Positions 9,768 through 19,974 of a stretch of DNA of 27,525 nucleotides are shown one piece after another; the first letter of the stretch is position 1, and each line of letters starts with the position of its first letter. Source of the stretch: a virus (lineage: Duplodnaviria > Caudoviricetes); IMG/VR virus record IMGVR_UViG_3300005512_000266, positions 1-27,525 of that record; one strand, given 5' to 3'. A program made the translations under genes and the position numbers. Under the pieces are notes generated by a model. That model worked only from the letters and a program-made list of their open reading frames with translations. It was not told the origin of the DNA and did no database searches.

Positions 9768-10082
9768 ATGGCAGATTTCAGTGATGTAGCAAACATGCTT
9801 GCGGTTCTCGGGCAGAGTAGCGGGAATTATATCAGCGCAATGGACAGTGCGGCGAAACGATCATTCGATGCGGCTGAAAATGAAAAAGATCGTGAACAGG
9901 CAAGGAAGAATGCGAATAAACAGCTTGCCGGGTCGATCGGTGGCGCAATAATTGCACCGTACGCGCAAGAGATGGCCGGTGATTTTGGTTTGCTTACAGG
10001 GGCTCTCGGTAAAAAAAAGAAACCACCGCTTGACGAACTCGCAACCGTAGCTCCACGGTCACCCGGGCATTGGGATCATTAA
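9768..10082 (+). CDS. small putative ejection protein
   Basis: 104 aa; SD AGGAGGT; Ala/Gly-rich and helical; position among ejection genes. Confidence 0.55.
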   Translation: MADFSDVANMLAVLGQSSGNYISAMDSAAKRSFDAAENEKDREQARKNANKQLAGSIGGAIIAPYAQEMAGDFGLLTGALGKKKKPPLDELATVAPRSPGHWDH

Positions 10083-10131
10083 AAAAACTATTGATTTTGC
10101 CGGCTCAGCCCGTTTCACAGGAGGCGCAAAG

Positions 10132-11802
10132 ATGAACGACGTAAGAACAAATCTACATCTACAAAATATCATGCAAGGCGTGCAAACATTACAAGACCTT
10201 GGGATTGATAAACTACCTCCGGAAGAACAGGAGAAAGCCCTCGAAGCCATAACGACGCCAATGCACGGAGGTGGTATCGATAACTACCGCCAGAGAAGTG
10301 GCAGGGTTACTCCGAAACTTCAGAGCGAGGAAACCTCGAGTGTCCAGAACGGTAGTGATGCCACCCCTCGAAGATGGTTTGGAAATGCCAGGAATCACGG
10401 CAATACCAGAGAAAGGCTTGAAAAGATCGAGGATCGTGGACGGGATTTCTATACAGGCGTTGGTGATACGCTTGGCATGCTTGTTGGAATCGCACCGTCA
10501 TACACCGAAGAATCGCTTCAGGGGAGATTCCCGGTATTTGAACAAAGAAATGGAAGGCCCCCGTCAACGAGATCAGAGATCGAACAGGCTCTATACATGG
10601 AGACGGTACTCACCGATACAAACGCGGCGAAAGATGTAAATCGTGACAGGATTGGTGCGGAAACAACCTCTGCGATAGATGTAGACCGTAACAGGATTGA
10701 TGCGGAAACAACCTCTGCGATAGATGTAGACCGTAACAGGATTGATGCGGAAACAGCCTCCACGAAGGAAGTGATGTCTCATGAAACGGGCGAACTAAGA
10801 ACAAGAGGAGACGAACAGACCGAAGATCAAGCTGTGTTGCATAGTGCAAGACAAGCTGCTGATGCACGTATTCTACAGAGCAATCCATCATTACAGTCTT
10901 CGGGATCGATCGCGAAATTTAGTTCAGAAGATGAACGATCGGGCACATTGCCCGGTGGATGGGCGGATGATATTTTCGATCGGGTCGTAACGGATCAGTT
11001 CATATCACTGAAAGCCCCATCAATCAGCCAGCAGATTACGCAATATACCGATGGCGGCATGCAGATAACAGAGGCCATGACAAACCTTGACCCTGAAGCG
11101 TTAAAAGAAGCGTTTTACCAGATCATCGAAAACATGGGATGGGACCAATCCACGGTAACCGCAGCGAAAGTTGAAGCAGAAGGAATGAATCAGTCGCAGA
11201 TCGTGAATGTGATTATGGGCCTCGCGTCAATGGATGATCGCGTAATTGCCCGATACAAGCAGGAAGTGGAAGCGCGAATAAATACCGCTGACGAAGGGAA
11301 TGCTGAGCTGTATAACCAAATTGCTACTACAGCACTTGAAGGGAAGCAGAGATATAGTGAATGGCAGCCAAGTACGGCGCGGAATCCATCGGATGGTGTG
11401 TACCTTAGAGGCGATGAGCTTTCCAAAACCGCAGGGAAGATACGCAGGAATTTTGATGAGTATTTTACCGGGCTCCCTGACGTTGCGCCGGAAGAGTACG
11501 AACGGGGCCAAGAGGATGCGTATAACCTTATCAGAAATATGTTGAACGAGTTCAGCGAAAAAGAACTTCAACAAGCCGACACGTCTTCTGAAGAACTGGA
11601 AGCAGAACTTGAACAGCTTTCTGAATATGGGTGGCGTGAACACCAATACTGGGATATGCAAGGGCGTGAGGCGCTAACAAGACCGCAGTTTGTTGATATT
11701 CCAAACAGCGATATTGATAGGCTTATAGAAATCCAGAAAAGGCTAGATCAGATGCGGTCGGCAGAAATAGATTTGTGGACTCAGTACAGTGGTAACCAAT
11801 GA
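10132..11802 (+). CDS. putative internal virion/ejection protein
   Basis: 556 aa; SD AGGAGG; helical and acidic; ATGA-coupled to the large internal protein. Confidence 0.6.
   Translation: MNDVRTNLHLQNIMQGVQTLQDLGIDKLPPEEQEKALEAITTPMHGGGIDNYRQRSGRVTPKLQSEETSSVQNGSDATPRRWFGNARNHGNTRERLEKIEDRGRDFYTGVGDTLGMLVGIAPSYTEESLQGRFPVFEQRNGRPPSTRSEIEQALYMETVLTDTNAAKDVNRDRIGAETTSAIDVDRNRIDAETTSAIDVDRNRIDAETASTKEVMSHETGELRTRGDEQTEDQAVLHSARQAADARILQSNPSLQSSGSIAKFSSEDERSGTLPGGWADDIFDRVVTDQFISLKAPSISQQITQYTDGGMQITEAMTNLDPEALKEAFYQIIENMGWDQSTVTAAKVEAEGMNQSQIVNVIMGLASMDDRVIARYKQEVEARINTADEGNAELYNQIATTALEGKQRYSEWQPSTARNPSDGVYLRGDELSKTAGKIRRNFDEYFTGLPDVAPEEYERGQEDAYNLIRNMLNEFSEKELQQADTSSEELEAELEQLSEYGWREHQYWDMQGREALTRPQFVDIPNSDIDRLIEIQKRLDQMRSAEIDLWTQYSGNQ
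10633..10767 (+). repeat. 3 x 45-bp in-frame tandem repeat (15 aa, DV(N/D)R(D/N)RI(G/D)AETTSAI)
   Basis: Units start at 10633, 10678 and 10723; units 2 and 3 are identical over most of their length. Confidence 0.95.
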
Positions 11803-14800
11803 GTAATTACCTTTCGCCCGCTGTGCGTAATGCCGCAAGAACGATATATGATACGGAAGCGCTGGATATCAGAACACCGAGCAACAACATTGAAATGTGG
11901 AGCGTTGCTCAAGAACTCAATAAAAGGGACGTTGAAGATCGGGAAAGAAAACGTCCGGTAGAATGGTTGTTCGATCGGCTATCTACCGGGAATTATCTTG
12001 CGGCAAATATCGTTGACCAGGCACTCTCTGGCGGCTCTGCGGCAGACTGGGGCCGCGCATTGTGGGGCTCGATTACCGGAGAGGCTGACACAACATTTGG
12101 TGACGTGCTCCGGAAACATGCCCCAGGGCTTGACCAGCCGATATTCAAGAAAAGGGCTGAAGAAGGCCGGGCGTTCGGTAATATTGACCCCGCCGGTGTA
12201 TTTGGGTTTGCGCTCGACCTCCTTCTCGACCCGCTCAACTATGTTACGTTCGGTTCAACAAAACTGGCAAAGAGTGCTGCGCGATCGTTTGCGGATGATT
12301 CAGTAAAGCATGCGTTTCTCAATGCAAATATCCTTGAAGACGCAGCAAAAGCGCTGAATAAATCTGAAGATGCTGTTCGCGCGATGTTCAATAAGGCGCC
12401 CATGAAACTCGCAAGTCAGTTGCGTAAAGTTGGCGCTCCAAGCGAAACGATGAAATCGTTTTCCATGCAAATGGATAATTTGTGGAGGAATAAATACCGG
12501 GAAGGGCTCCGGATGAACAGCGATGAAATGAATCGCGCCATGCTCGGTATGATGGGAGAGGCACAGACACGAAAGAAAGCCGGTTTTATTTCGAATGTCG
12601 TGGGAGATTACACAAGCAGGCGCACTGAGCCATACCGGAAATATTTTGAGGGCACCGGAGATCTATCGGTGGGCGCTTTGAAAGAAATGGATCCGAAGAT
12701 AGCCGCTGTCCTGAAGGCGATAGAGGAATCCGGTATGCCGATTCGTGATGTTGCTGCATCCCCGCAGATCTTTGATGAGGTTTCTCCACAGGCGTTCTAT
12801 AAGTCCATACTTGAGCATTATGAAGGCGCAGAAACGCAGGATGCGATTTACAAAATGGTTGATAACCTGCTTAATGGGAGGACAAGACTAGAAGATTTGG
12901 ATGAAACACTCATTAGCGCGATAGAAACCCAAGCGAAAAAAAGCGGACTGATTGGAGACGCTGACACGTTGTTTGACATGCCTCCAAACGGCATGTACGG
13001 GAGCCCGGGGCGGCTTGAAACAACCTATGGGACCCCGGCTTCATCTCTAAATGATCCCATGAATATCCCGCCGGGGAGCTTGCTTGAGAAGCTCATGCGG
13101 CTTGACGCGAGCCAGGTAGAAAGAGCTGCTGACGTATCGCAGGGTGCGGGGAAAGCCGGGGTGAACGTGTTGCAATCATTCTTGGATGAGCCACTATTTA
13201 TGCACGACAGGAAAGCGAATCCGCTTCTCAATGGATATGACTCTTTCAAGAAGAAGTTGTCGGGAAGCTACCAAGGGACCCGTTTTCAGGATGCGGTCTG
13301 GTCAATGATAAACCGCGGCCCCGTTGGTGCGTTAAAGCGGACCTTTGGTGTCAGAACCCCGTACCAGAAAACTCTGCGTGTCGCAGAGCGGTCACAGGAA
13401 AGCAACTACCGATACAACATGCAAAAGATGGGGAAAGAAATCAGCGATGTCATGGACAGCCTTGATCTAGATGACCAGATTAAAGCTGATTACGTTATGT
13501 ACCGTTCTCTTGCGCAGGATATGATGAAGCCGATCGAAGAACGTGCGGACCTGTATGCGCGAGCGAAAGTCGGTCTCGGCGAGTTCTATGCGGATATACC
13601 CTCTCCGAGAGCGGGGGAACGTGTTGTCAGCGGAATTGATGACATGGGCATCGATGATTTTGATGCCAGGGTTTCTGTTACCCCGGAAAGCATTACGCTC
13701 GATGGGATCAATATAAATCGTCAGATGGAAATGGATATTCCGGTATACAGCGCCGGCAAGTATGCGAGCGCAAAACGTGAGTATCTGGAATACCATAATG
13801 TCTATGCGAGTGATATCGCTCGTGAAATACGTCACAGACAGAGGATCAGCGAAGTCGGTCATGGGTTCCCGGATTATTCTCTTGTTGATCCGACAAACAA
13901 GAAACGGCCCACAATCTTTCCTGAAGGGTTTACCGAAGAAGATATCGCATACGTACAGAAGATCGACCAGATAGATCAAAAGGTATCTGAGATCCTCAGC
14001 CGATGGGATCTTGAGGAAAATGAATGGATGGCTCAAGGGGCCATGCAGTTCCGTGAGACGATGAACAATTACATCCCGCTGATCATGAAAACAAGCCGTA
14101 TCAAAGCGGGAGGAAAAAGCGGAAGAAAAGTAATGGATGCGTCAGTACTTGAGCAGAGCCTTGGACCGTATAAAGCAATGCTAAATGAAGAGGCATCGAT
14201 TCGTTCCATGTATAACCTGACACAAGAAGAGGCGTCGGCGATCGTGCGGGAGCACGGCCTTACAGGCATTACAACCGATCTTCACGAACTGCTGCTTGCT
14301 CGCGGGGCCCACCATGAGGTTATGCGCAAACAGGTAAATTCCATGCTCCAGTTTCGGGAGTTTGGCTTCAACCGATTCGAGAAAGGGTTGGATATTACGG
14401 AAGAAGCACTTGAAATTTTAGGTAATGAATCATCATTGAACAAACTTGGGTTGGTGAAAATATCGGGTCCTATGGCGGGCGTATTCAGTCGCTCCGGGCC
14501 GAAGGGATATGACTATGTGTTTGATACTGACGTTGCGGGGACGATAGAACGGATGGCTGAAGTCATGGCCGATCCTGTCAACGCGAACAATATCTTTTCT
14601 CGATACACGCGCTGGTGGCGTGGCGCGACAACAGCCACTCCTGGATTCCACATGAGGAACGTTATCTCAAATACAACGATGCTGTATACCGAGTTCGGGC
14701 CTAAGACGTTTGCACCAAAGAATATGTACGATGGGATGGTTGGTGCGGCGTATGGGCTTAAACGATTCAACCCGAAGGCAGGAGAAATCCCCGCGGCGGT

Positions 14801-16130
14801 CCGGCTCCGCCTACAGGCGAAACGTGGCGCGTGGACCCTTGAAGAGTTGTCTGATGAGGCGTTGAGACGTGGTGTTATCAGCGAATCAACGATGGCGAAT
14901 CTGGCTGACGATCCAATCATACAGCTTATGGGGAAGACAGATCGCTCGAAGATGCAGAATGCATTCAATAAATACTCCCCTACATCCGGAGACAACTGGC
15001 TTTTTACCGCCAGCAGAGATATTGGTTCATTCGCGGAATCGTCTGCACGATTCCAGGCATTCATCATGGATATCGATCGGCTTACCCGCATGGGTGGCGT
15101 TGCAACAAAGAGTGAACACATTCTTGATGTTGCGGCTGGAAACGCAAAGAAACTTCTGCTCGATTATGGCGACCTCACGAAAATAGAGCAGAAATGGTTT
15201 CGCTCAATAATGCCGTTTTACAGATGGCTGAGAAAGAACCTGGCAAACCAGGTTTCGATGATTGGAGATCCTCAGTATTGGGCGAGGCTTTCGGTTGCCC
15301 CGAAAACGATTAACATGATGAAGTCTGAAGACCAGGTAGATGTTAATACGATGCCGGAATACATGCGTGAGGCGGGATATTTTCAGACAGGCACGACTCC
15401 TGAAGGCGACGCACGCCTATTCTGGCCGAACATTCCGATCCTTGATTTGAACAAGCTTCCGTTCAGTTTCGGGACGGGGAACGAGTTTGCAAACGTCTCT
15501 TTTGATGGGCTTGACCTGAAGAATGAGATCCTCGATATGTCACACCCGCTTCTGAAGATGTTCGTTCAGGGAGTAACAGGGTATGACACATTCCGTGAGC
15601 GCGAAATACGTCCAACCGAAGAGGGCGGAAGAATGTACGGGCTTATTGCGAGCCATCCGACAGTTATCGCATTGCTTGATGTAGTGGCGAAAGCCGGCGG
15701 GAAGAAAAATGGGATTATTGCAGGGGTTGATCCTGAAGGGCGCGTACAGATGGATGGAACGATGCTCCGCGGTATAGAGACTACCCTGCCGCTGATCAAT
15801 AATATCAGCAGATATATAGATACGGTTGAGGAAGCTGAAGGGTTGCTATTCCGGTCGAATGTAATTGAAAATGCCGTTGATGCGTTCCTTGGAGCCAGTG
15901 ATCCGGCTGAAGGGACGCAGGAAGCGCTGCGTACGATGTCGTTTGCACTTGGGTTGAAATTTGACGTGCTGGATGAGCGTGAGGCCCGCATATGGAGGGC
16001 TAGCGATCTATACGATCAGGCTCTTGATGTGCGAAAAGCGAAACAGGAAATGGATCCGAATCGTGCGTTTCGGAAAATGCAGTGGCAGAATCGGCAACTT
16101 GGTATGTACCGGAGGTTGGGAATCTACTAA
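11799..16130 (+). CDS. large internal virion protein (ejectosome, T7 gp16/polyvalent-protein-like)
   Basis: 1443 aa; GFALDLLLDPLNYV, PGFHMRNVISN, LLDYGDLTKIEQKWFRSIMPFYRWLRKNL, HPLLK..TGYDTF are typical of large podoviral ejection proteins. Confidence 0.75.
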   Translation: MSNYLSPAVRNAARTIYDTEALDIRTPSNNIEMWSVAQELNKRDVEDRERKRPVEWLFDRLSTGNYLAANIVDQALSGGSAADWGRALWGSITGEADTTFGDVLRKHAPGLDQPIFKKRAEEGRAFGNIDPAGVFGFALDLLLDPLNYVTFGSTKLAKSAARSFADDSVKHAFLNANILEDAAKALNKSEDAVRAMFNKAPMKLASQLRKVGAPSETMKSFSMQMDNLWRNKYREGLRMNSDEMNRAMLGMMGEAQTRKKAGFISNVVGDYTSRRTEPYRKYFEGTGDLSVGALKEMDPKIAAVLKAIEESGMPIRDVAASPQIFDEVSPQAFYKSILEHYEGAETQDAIYKMVDNLLNGRTRLEDLDETLISAIETQAKKSGLIGDADTLFDMPPNGMYGSPGRLETTYGTPASSLNDPMNIPPGSLLEKLMRLDASQVERAADVSQGAGKAGVNVLQSFLDEPLFMHDRKANPLLNGYDSFKKKLSGSYQGTRFQDAVWSMINRGPVGALKRTFGVRTPYQKTLRVAERSQESNYRYNMQKMGKEISDVMDSLDLDDQIKADYVMYRSLAQDMMKPIEERADLYARAKVGLGEFYADIPSPRAGERVVSGIDDMGIDDFDARVSVTPESITLDGININRQMEMDIPVYSAGKYASAKREYLEYHNVYASDIAREIRHRQRISEVGHGFPDYSLVDPTNKKRPTIFPEGFTEEDIAYVQKIDQIDQKVSEILSRWDLEENEWMAQGAMQFRETMNNYIPLIMKTSRIKAGGKSGRKVMDASVLEQSLGPYKAMLNEEASIRSMYNLTQEEASAIVREHGLTGITTDLHELLLARGAHHEVMRKQVNSMLQFREFGFNRFEKGLDITEEALEILGNESSLNKLGLVKISGPMAGVFSRSGPKGYDYVFDTDVAGTIERMAEVMADPVNANNIFSRYTRWWRGATTATPGFHMRNVISNTTMLYTEFGPKTFAPKNMYDGMVGAAYGLKRFNPKAGEIPAAVRLRLQAKRGAWTLEELSDEALRRGVISESTMANLADDPIIQLMGKTDRSKMQNAFNKYSPTSGDNWLFTASRDIGSFAESSARFQAFIMDIDRLTRMGGVATKSEHILDVAAGNAKKLLLDYGDLTKIEQKWFRSIMPFYRWLRKNLANQVSMIGDPQYWARLSVAPKTINMMKSEDQVDVNTMPEYMREAGYFQTGTTPEGDARLFWPNIPILDLNKLPFSFGTGNEFANVSFDGLDLKNEILDMSHPLLKMFVQGVTGYDTFREREIRPTEEGGRMYGLIASHPTVIALLDVVAKAGGKKNGIIAGVDPEGRVQMDGTMLRGIETTLPLINNISRYIDTVEEAEGLLFRSNVIENAVDAFLGASDPAEGTQEALRTMSFALGLKFDVLDEREARIWRASDLYDQALDVRKAKQEMDPNRAFRKMQWQNRQLGMYRRLGIY

Positions 16131-18853
16131 TGAGAGACGCTGAAGATATCAGGCTTGCAAAACTACAAACAAACCTTGACGGGTTTAATGCGGATGTGGA
16201 ATCACTTCCTCCTGGGTATATATCCGGATACGAACTTGAAACGCAGGATAACGGTAAATTACCTCTGATTGGGCCAGGAGTTGCCAACGTACGTGGCCGG
16301 GTCGTAAAAAAGACCGTCACCATGCAGATTGACAGATCCATGTTTGTAGTCCAGCCGTTGCCGGAATCAATTCGGTATATATATCTCGGCAGTGACGGAA
16401 AGTTTGTCATTGATACGAAAGAACCGGAGTTTGATCATGGCCTTTTTGGAGACTATCATCCAATATTGGGGCACCGATATATCGGTGGCATACAGTTTGA
16501 CGCAACAAATTATGAAGTCAGAGAACTTCTCACTAGAAACAAGGTTTACATCGACGATATTTCGATTTCTACATTGACTGCAATTACAGCGCAGGTACAA
16601 GACCAAATAGTTGTCTCAAGCGATTCCCTGATAACGGAATCTGTGCTTGGTGATCTACGAACGGTAATTTCTGATGGAAAGGTTTCTATACAGGAATACG
16701 GTGGAACGTCATGGGAAGATCGTGCGTGGTTCGGGTCTGAGTCAGGGAATTATATCGGTTTATATGCGCACTTCCGGGGGCTTGTATCGCCGCAATATAA
16801 TGGGACTCTTGGATTCGGGAATCTGTTGCCAAATACTGGGTCCCGCTATTTCTCGTGTGATAACATACTTCTCAGCTCCGACGGCGCGACATCATTAATT
16901 CCATCGTGGACGAGTGAATATGATGGGACAGACAAGCAATACGGTTCCGCATCACTGAAGAGCAGATATCCAACTACGGTTAATGAGACTACTAGCAACC
17001 GGAGTGTTTTTGTTGGATCTCCGCAGCTCGTGAGCAGTGGCTTTGCTGCTGGCGGCTGGCTGAAATTCAAACAGGCAAAATATCCGGGATCGGGTATGTT
17101 AGATTTTATTGGCTATGAAGGTACGCTTGATAATGGATATATGATAAGCGTTTATTGGCAAAGGTATCCGACAGACACGGAAGCCGCTGGTTATTACGAT
17201 GAATCAACAACTGGCATCCCAGAAGGAATATGGGCGATAGTTCTTAGTGTATATGGGGAAGCAACAGGCTCAAAGATAACAAGCACGTATACGTTTGCAG
17301 CAGAAGGCGTTGACCCAAATCAACTGACCGGGTTTTACACTGCTCCCCAGGGGAGTGCTACTGTATATACGGAAGCGTTCCCGGCCGGGATCGGGTTGTC
17401 TGGCTGGTTTGGCATTGCAATTTCATATAATGGAGCAGCGGAATGCACGTTCCATTTTTTTGACAATGCAACAAGCAATATGTTTACGTATACAACAATT
17501 CCTCATTGGGTCAGCACGGTATCATTACAGCCAAAGTTTATAATGGATGCAGCGGAACTGAATCTTTCCATTGATCCTGATTGGTATGACGATATGTGGG
17601 CCAATATGGGGTTTGGTGATATAGAAGAGCAGATTTACCTATTTGATGGGCTGTTCAACATTACTACAGCCATAAGCGTTTCTGAAATTGAGACGTATTA
17701 CACGTCACGGCTTCCCTGGATACTATATGGGAGTGTATCAGTAGTAGATCCTGATGATGTTGTTATCGGGCTTGGTGATACCGGAGGCTTGAAAATACTA
17801 TCCGGGGATACCGAACGCCTCGGCATCGACTCGTCGGGCACCGTGACTGTAAACGCTAATACTATTGCTCTCTCGACGGGAGGCACAGAACGCCTCCGCA
17901 TCGACTCGTCGGGGAATGTGTTACTTGGCCCAACTAGCGGTAAGATGTTTATTGGGGATGTCGGGCATGGGAGTACTTATGCATCGTTAGCCCATCAAGA
18001 CTATGCAACAACAGGTGGATATGCGTTTCTTGCTGGTAATAATGGCTATGTATTTATCAATAAACAAGATGTTGCATCAAGTTACATTGGGTTCAGAAAA
18101 AACAATGCAGATCTAATGGTAATAAACAATGACGGCTATGTGGGGATTGGCACCGCCAGCCCTGCGGCAAAACTTCATGTTTCCGGCGGGGATACAAGTA
18201 ATGTGCTAGTTGTTGAAGGAACCAATAATACAGGAATTGAGCTGAGAAGTGGGGGGGTTGCTAAAAACTATCTATGGTATAACCCAGGTGGGTATGCCGC
18301 TGTAGGGCCGGGATCAGGAGCAAACTCGTTATTCTTCTTCAAGAATCCTAGTTACCCAAATCGTAACATTGCCGCATTTGGATCTTATGAGGCTCTTACC
18401 ATTAATAGAGGCGCTACTGGCGGTGTTGAGACATTGTTAGATATTGTGAGTGGTGGGATTGCATCTTTTAACCTAAGGTCAAAAGGGTCTACTAACGGAG
18501 AGTGGCTGATTTATTCTTATGGCAATCTCGCATTTTACAATTATGGGACAAGTGCTGCGCCCCTTACAATGACACCATCAGGCAACGTCGGCATCGGCAC
18601 CTCGTCGCCAGCGCAAAAACTACATGTGGCGGGAAATATTTATGCTACTGGTTTCGTGTATGCAGCCGGTAACTATGCGTATGACGGATCGCAAACAAGG
18701 TACTCGTCAATTGGTAGCGCAGCGTCGGCCATTTTAGGCTCTGCTTCTGCCGGGAGAGTAGCCGGGATAAACTTCAAAGACAGTGGCGGTACTACTAGGT
18801 ACGCTATTGTTGTCGCAAACGGCTATAGTTGGAAAGGCACCTATGTTAGTTAA
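16130..18853 (+). CDS. tail fibre/receptor-binding protein with LamG/ConA-like domain
   Basis: Start set at ATG 16130 (TAATG overlap). Central KQYGSASL..FAAGGWLK..WFGIAISYNG..SVSEIETYY is LamG-like; distal ERLRIDSSGNV and GNVGIGTSSPAQKLHVAG are fibre repeats. Confidence 0.82.
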   Translation: MRDAEDIRLAKLQTNLDGFNADVESLPPGYISGYELETQDNGKLPLIGPGVANVRGRVVKKTVTMQIDRSMFVVQPLPESIRYIYLGSDGKFVIDTKEPEFDHGLFGDYHPILGHRYIGGIQFDATNYEVRELLTRNKVYIDDISISTLTAITAQVQDQIVVSSDSLITESVLGDLRTVISDGKVSIQEYGGTSWEDRAWFGSESGNYIGLYAHFRGLVSPQYNGTLGFGNLLPNTGSRYFSCDNILLSSDGATSLIPSWTSEYDGTDKQYGSASLKSRYPTTVNETTSNRSVFVGSPQLVSSGFAAGGWLKFKQAKYPGSGMLDFIGYEGTLDNGYMISVYWQRYPTDTEAAGYYDESTTGIPEGIWAIVLSVYGEATGSKITSTYTFAAEGVDPNQLTGFYTAPQGSATVYTEAFPAGIGLSGWFGIAISYNGAAECTFHFFDNATSNMFTYTTIPHWVSTVSLQPKFIMDAAELNLSIDPDWYDDMWANMGFGDIEEQIYLFDGLFNITTAISVSEIETYYTSRLPWILYGSVSVVDPDDVVIGLGDTGGLKILSGDTERLGIDSSGTVTVNANTIALSTGGTERLRIDSSGNVLLGPTSGKMFIGDVGHGSTYASLAHQDYATTGGYAFLAGNNGYVFINKQDVASSYIGFRKNNADLMVINNDGYVGIGTASPAAKLHVSGGDTSNVLVVEGTNNTGIELRSGGVAKNYLWYNPGGYAAVGPGSGANSLFFFKNPSYPNRNIAAFGSYEALTINRGATGGVETLLDIVSGGIASFNLRSKGSTNGEWLIYSYGNLAFYNYGTSAAPLTMTPSGNVGIGTSSPAQKLHVAGNIYATGFVYAAGNYAYDGSQTRYSSIGSAASAILGSASAGRVAGINFKDSGGTTRYAIVVANGYSWKGTYVS
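17813..17913 (+). repeat. 26-bp direct repeat pair within tail fibre (25/26 identical)
   Basis: GAACGCCTC(G/C)GCATCGACTCGTCGGG at 17813-17838 and 17888-17913. Confidence 0.9.
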
Positions 18854-18865
18854 AGGAGGACGGAA

Positions 18866-19222
18866 ATGGCACTAACTAAACCAATCGAGCAACCAAGCTC
18901 GATCACAACCGAGTACCACCGGATCAAGCAGGTCATAAGCCTTGCATGGGATGGCGAAACACCACGGGTGGAACTCTGGGGAGAGACCTACGCAACAGAA
19001 CAGGCTCGCAAGGACGGGAAGGCACCTGTTGACGGTGGGATGCGCTATGACTGCGATCTTGATCCTGTTGAAGCAGCAGTGATAAAGGCGATCCTCTATC
19101 AGGCCGTTAAACGGGCATATATGTCAGACGCTACAGACCATGTGGCGAAAGAAGATGTTGACGTCGCTGAAGTGATCGCAGCGACAGAAGCGTTGATACA
19201 AATACCAAAGGAGACGGAATGA
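18866..19222 (+). CDS. tail fibre-associated protein (assembly chaperone-like)
   Basis: 118 aa; SD AGGAGG; MAL..I..EYHRI..ETYATEQAR pattern often seen after fibre genes. Confidence 0.55.
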   Translation: MALTKPIEQPSSITTEYHRIKQVISLAWDGETPRVELWGETYATEQARKDGKAPVDGGMRYDCDLDPVEAAVIKAILYQAVKRAYMSDATDHVAKEDVDVAEVIAATEALIQIPKETE

Positions 19223-19566
19223 AAATTATCGATCTATTGAACGCAAAGGACGCGGTGACAACCCTATACAAGGTACCCGTGGACGGAGCAACAGCGCTGA
19301 AAATCCGTAAGGCCGTCAGGCAGATGAACGAACCGCTCCAAGACTATGAAGAAGCACTCAAGGCGTGGGTGGAGGAGAATGATATTAACGGGAAACAGAT
19401 ATCGGACCTCACTCCGGAGCAGCAGTTGCACTGGTCTCAGATGGTGTCGGTCGATGTTGAGCGGGAGTGGGAGCCGGTTTTCGGTCCTGACGCGCTGGAA
19501 AGTATAGAATTATCTGCGTTGCATTTGAATGCTTTGATTGAGGTTGGGCTGGTACAGGACGTATAA
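19219..19566 (+). CDS. hypothetical protein (fibre-adjacent helical family)
   Basis: 115 aa; SD AAGGAG; ATGA coupling. Confidence 0.65.
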   Translation: MKIIDLLNAKDAVTTLYKVPVDGATALKIRKAVRQMNEPLQDYEEALKAWVEENDINGKQISDLTPEQQLHWSQMVSVDVEREWEPVFGPDALESIELSALHLNALIEVGLVQDV

Positions 19567-19596
19567 TTTGTATCGGGGAAAGAGAGGAGTACTTGC

Positions 19597-19974
19597 ATGG
19601 ACGACATCACCGAATTGGCACAACAAGTAGCAACAATAGCGAGCAAAATGGAAGATATTCACAGAGTGTTTTACCGGAACGGCTTTAAGACAAGGGTTGA
19701 TAGCATAGAAAAAGCCGTAACAGAATTCAATCTTACCAGGGAAGCGACATGCCCAGTGAAAAAAATAGAACAAGACGAGAGAACCGTAAACGAGAAAAAG
19801 CGGTTCCGTAGGATTGAAATATACATAGCCGTATTTATGGTGATTATTACGATTGTTGTGGGGATCCCTTCATGGGTAAACATGTACAACAACAACCAGC
19901 GGGAAAAAATTTTGGGTTTAGAATCCTATTCAGGCGATAAGGTGATATATGGAATCTCCAATACTACAAACTGA
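19597..19974 (+). CDS. coiled-coil single-TM membrane protein (XhlA/holin-like)
   Basis: SD AGGAG; N-terminal coiled coil, basic KKRFRR, then TM IEIYIAVFMVIITIVVGIP; first gene of the lysis cassette. Confidence 0.55.
   Translation: MDDITELAQQVATIASKMEDIHRVFYRNGFKTRVDSIEKAVTEFNLTREATCPVKKIEQDERTVNEKKRFRRIEIYIAVFMVIITIVVGIPSWVNMYNNNQREKILGLESYSGDKVIYGISNTTN

Noticed and set aside
10008-10135. A AAA AAG slippery heptamer that might fuse 9768-10082 to the 10132 gene
   Set aside because: The -1 frame stops within a few codons (TGA), the +1 frame has TAG at 10048, and the 10132 gene has its own AGGAGG.
10633-10767. CRISPR-like array
   Set aside because: Contiguous in-frame coding repeats with no unique spacers.
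17813-18630. Diversity-generating retroelement or shufflon at the tail fibre
   Set aside because: The repeats are short, direct and in-frame with no adenine-specific differences; no reverse transcriptase or invertase is in the window.
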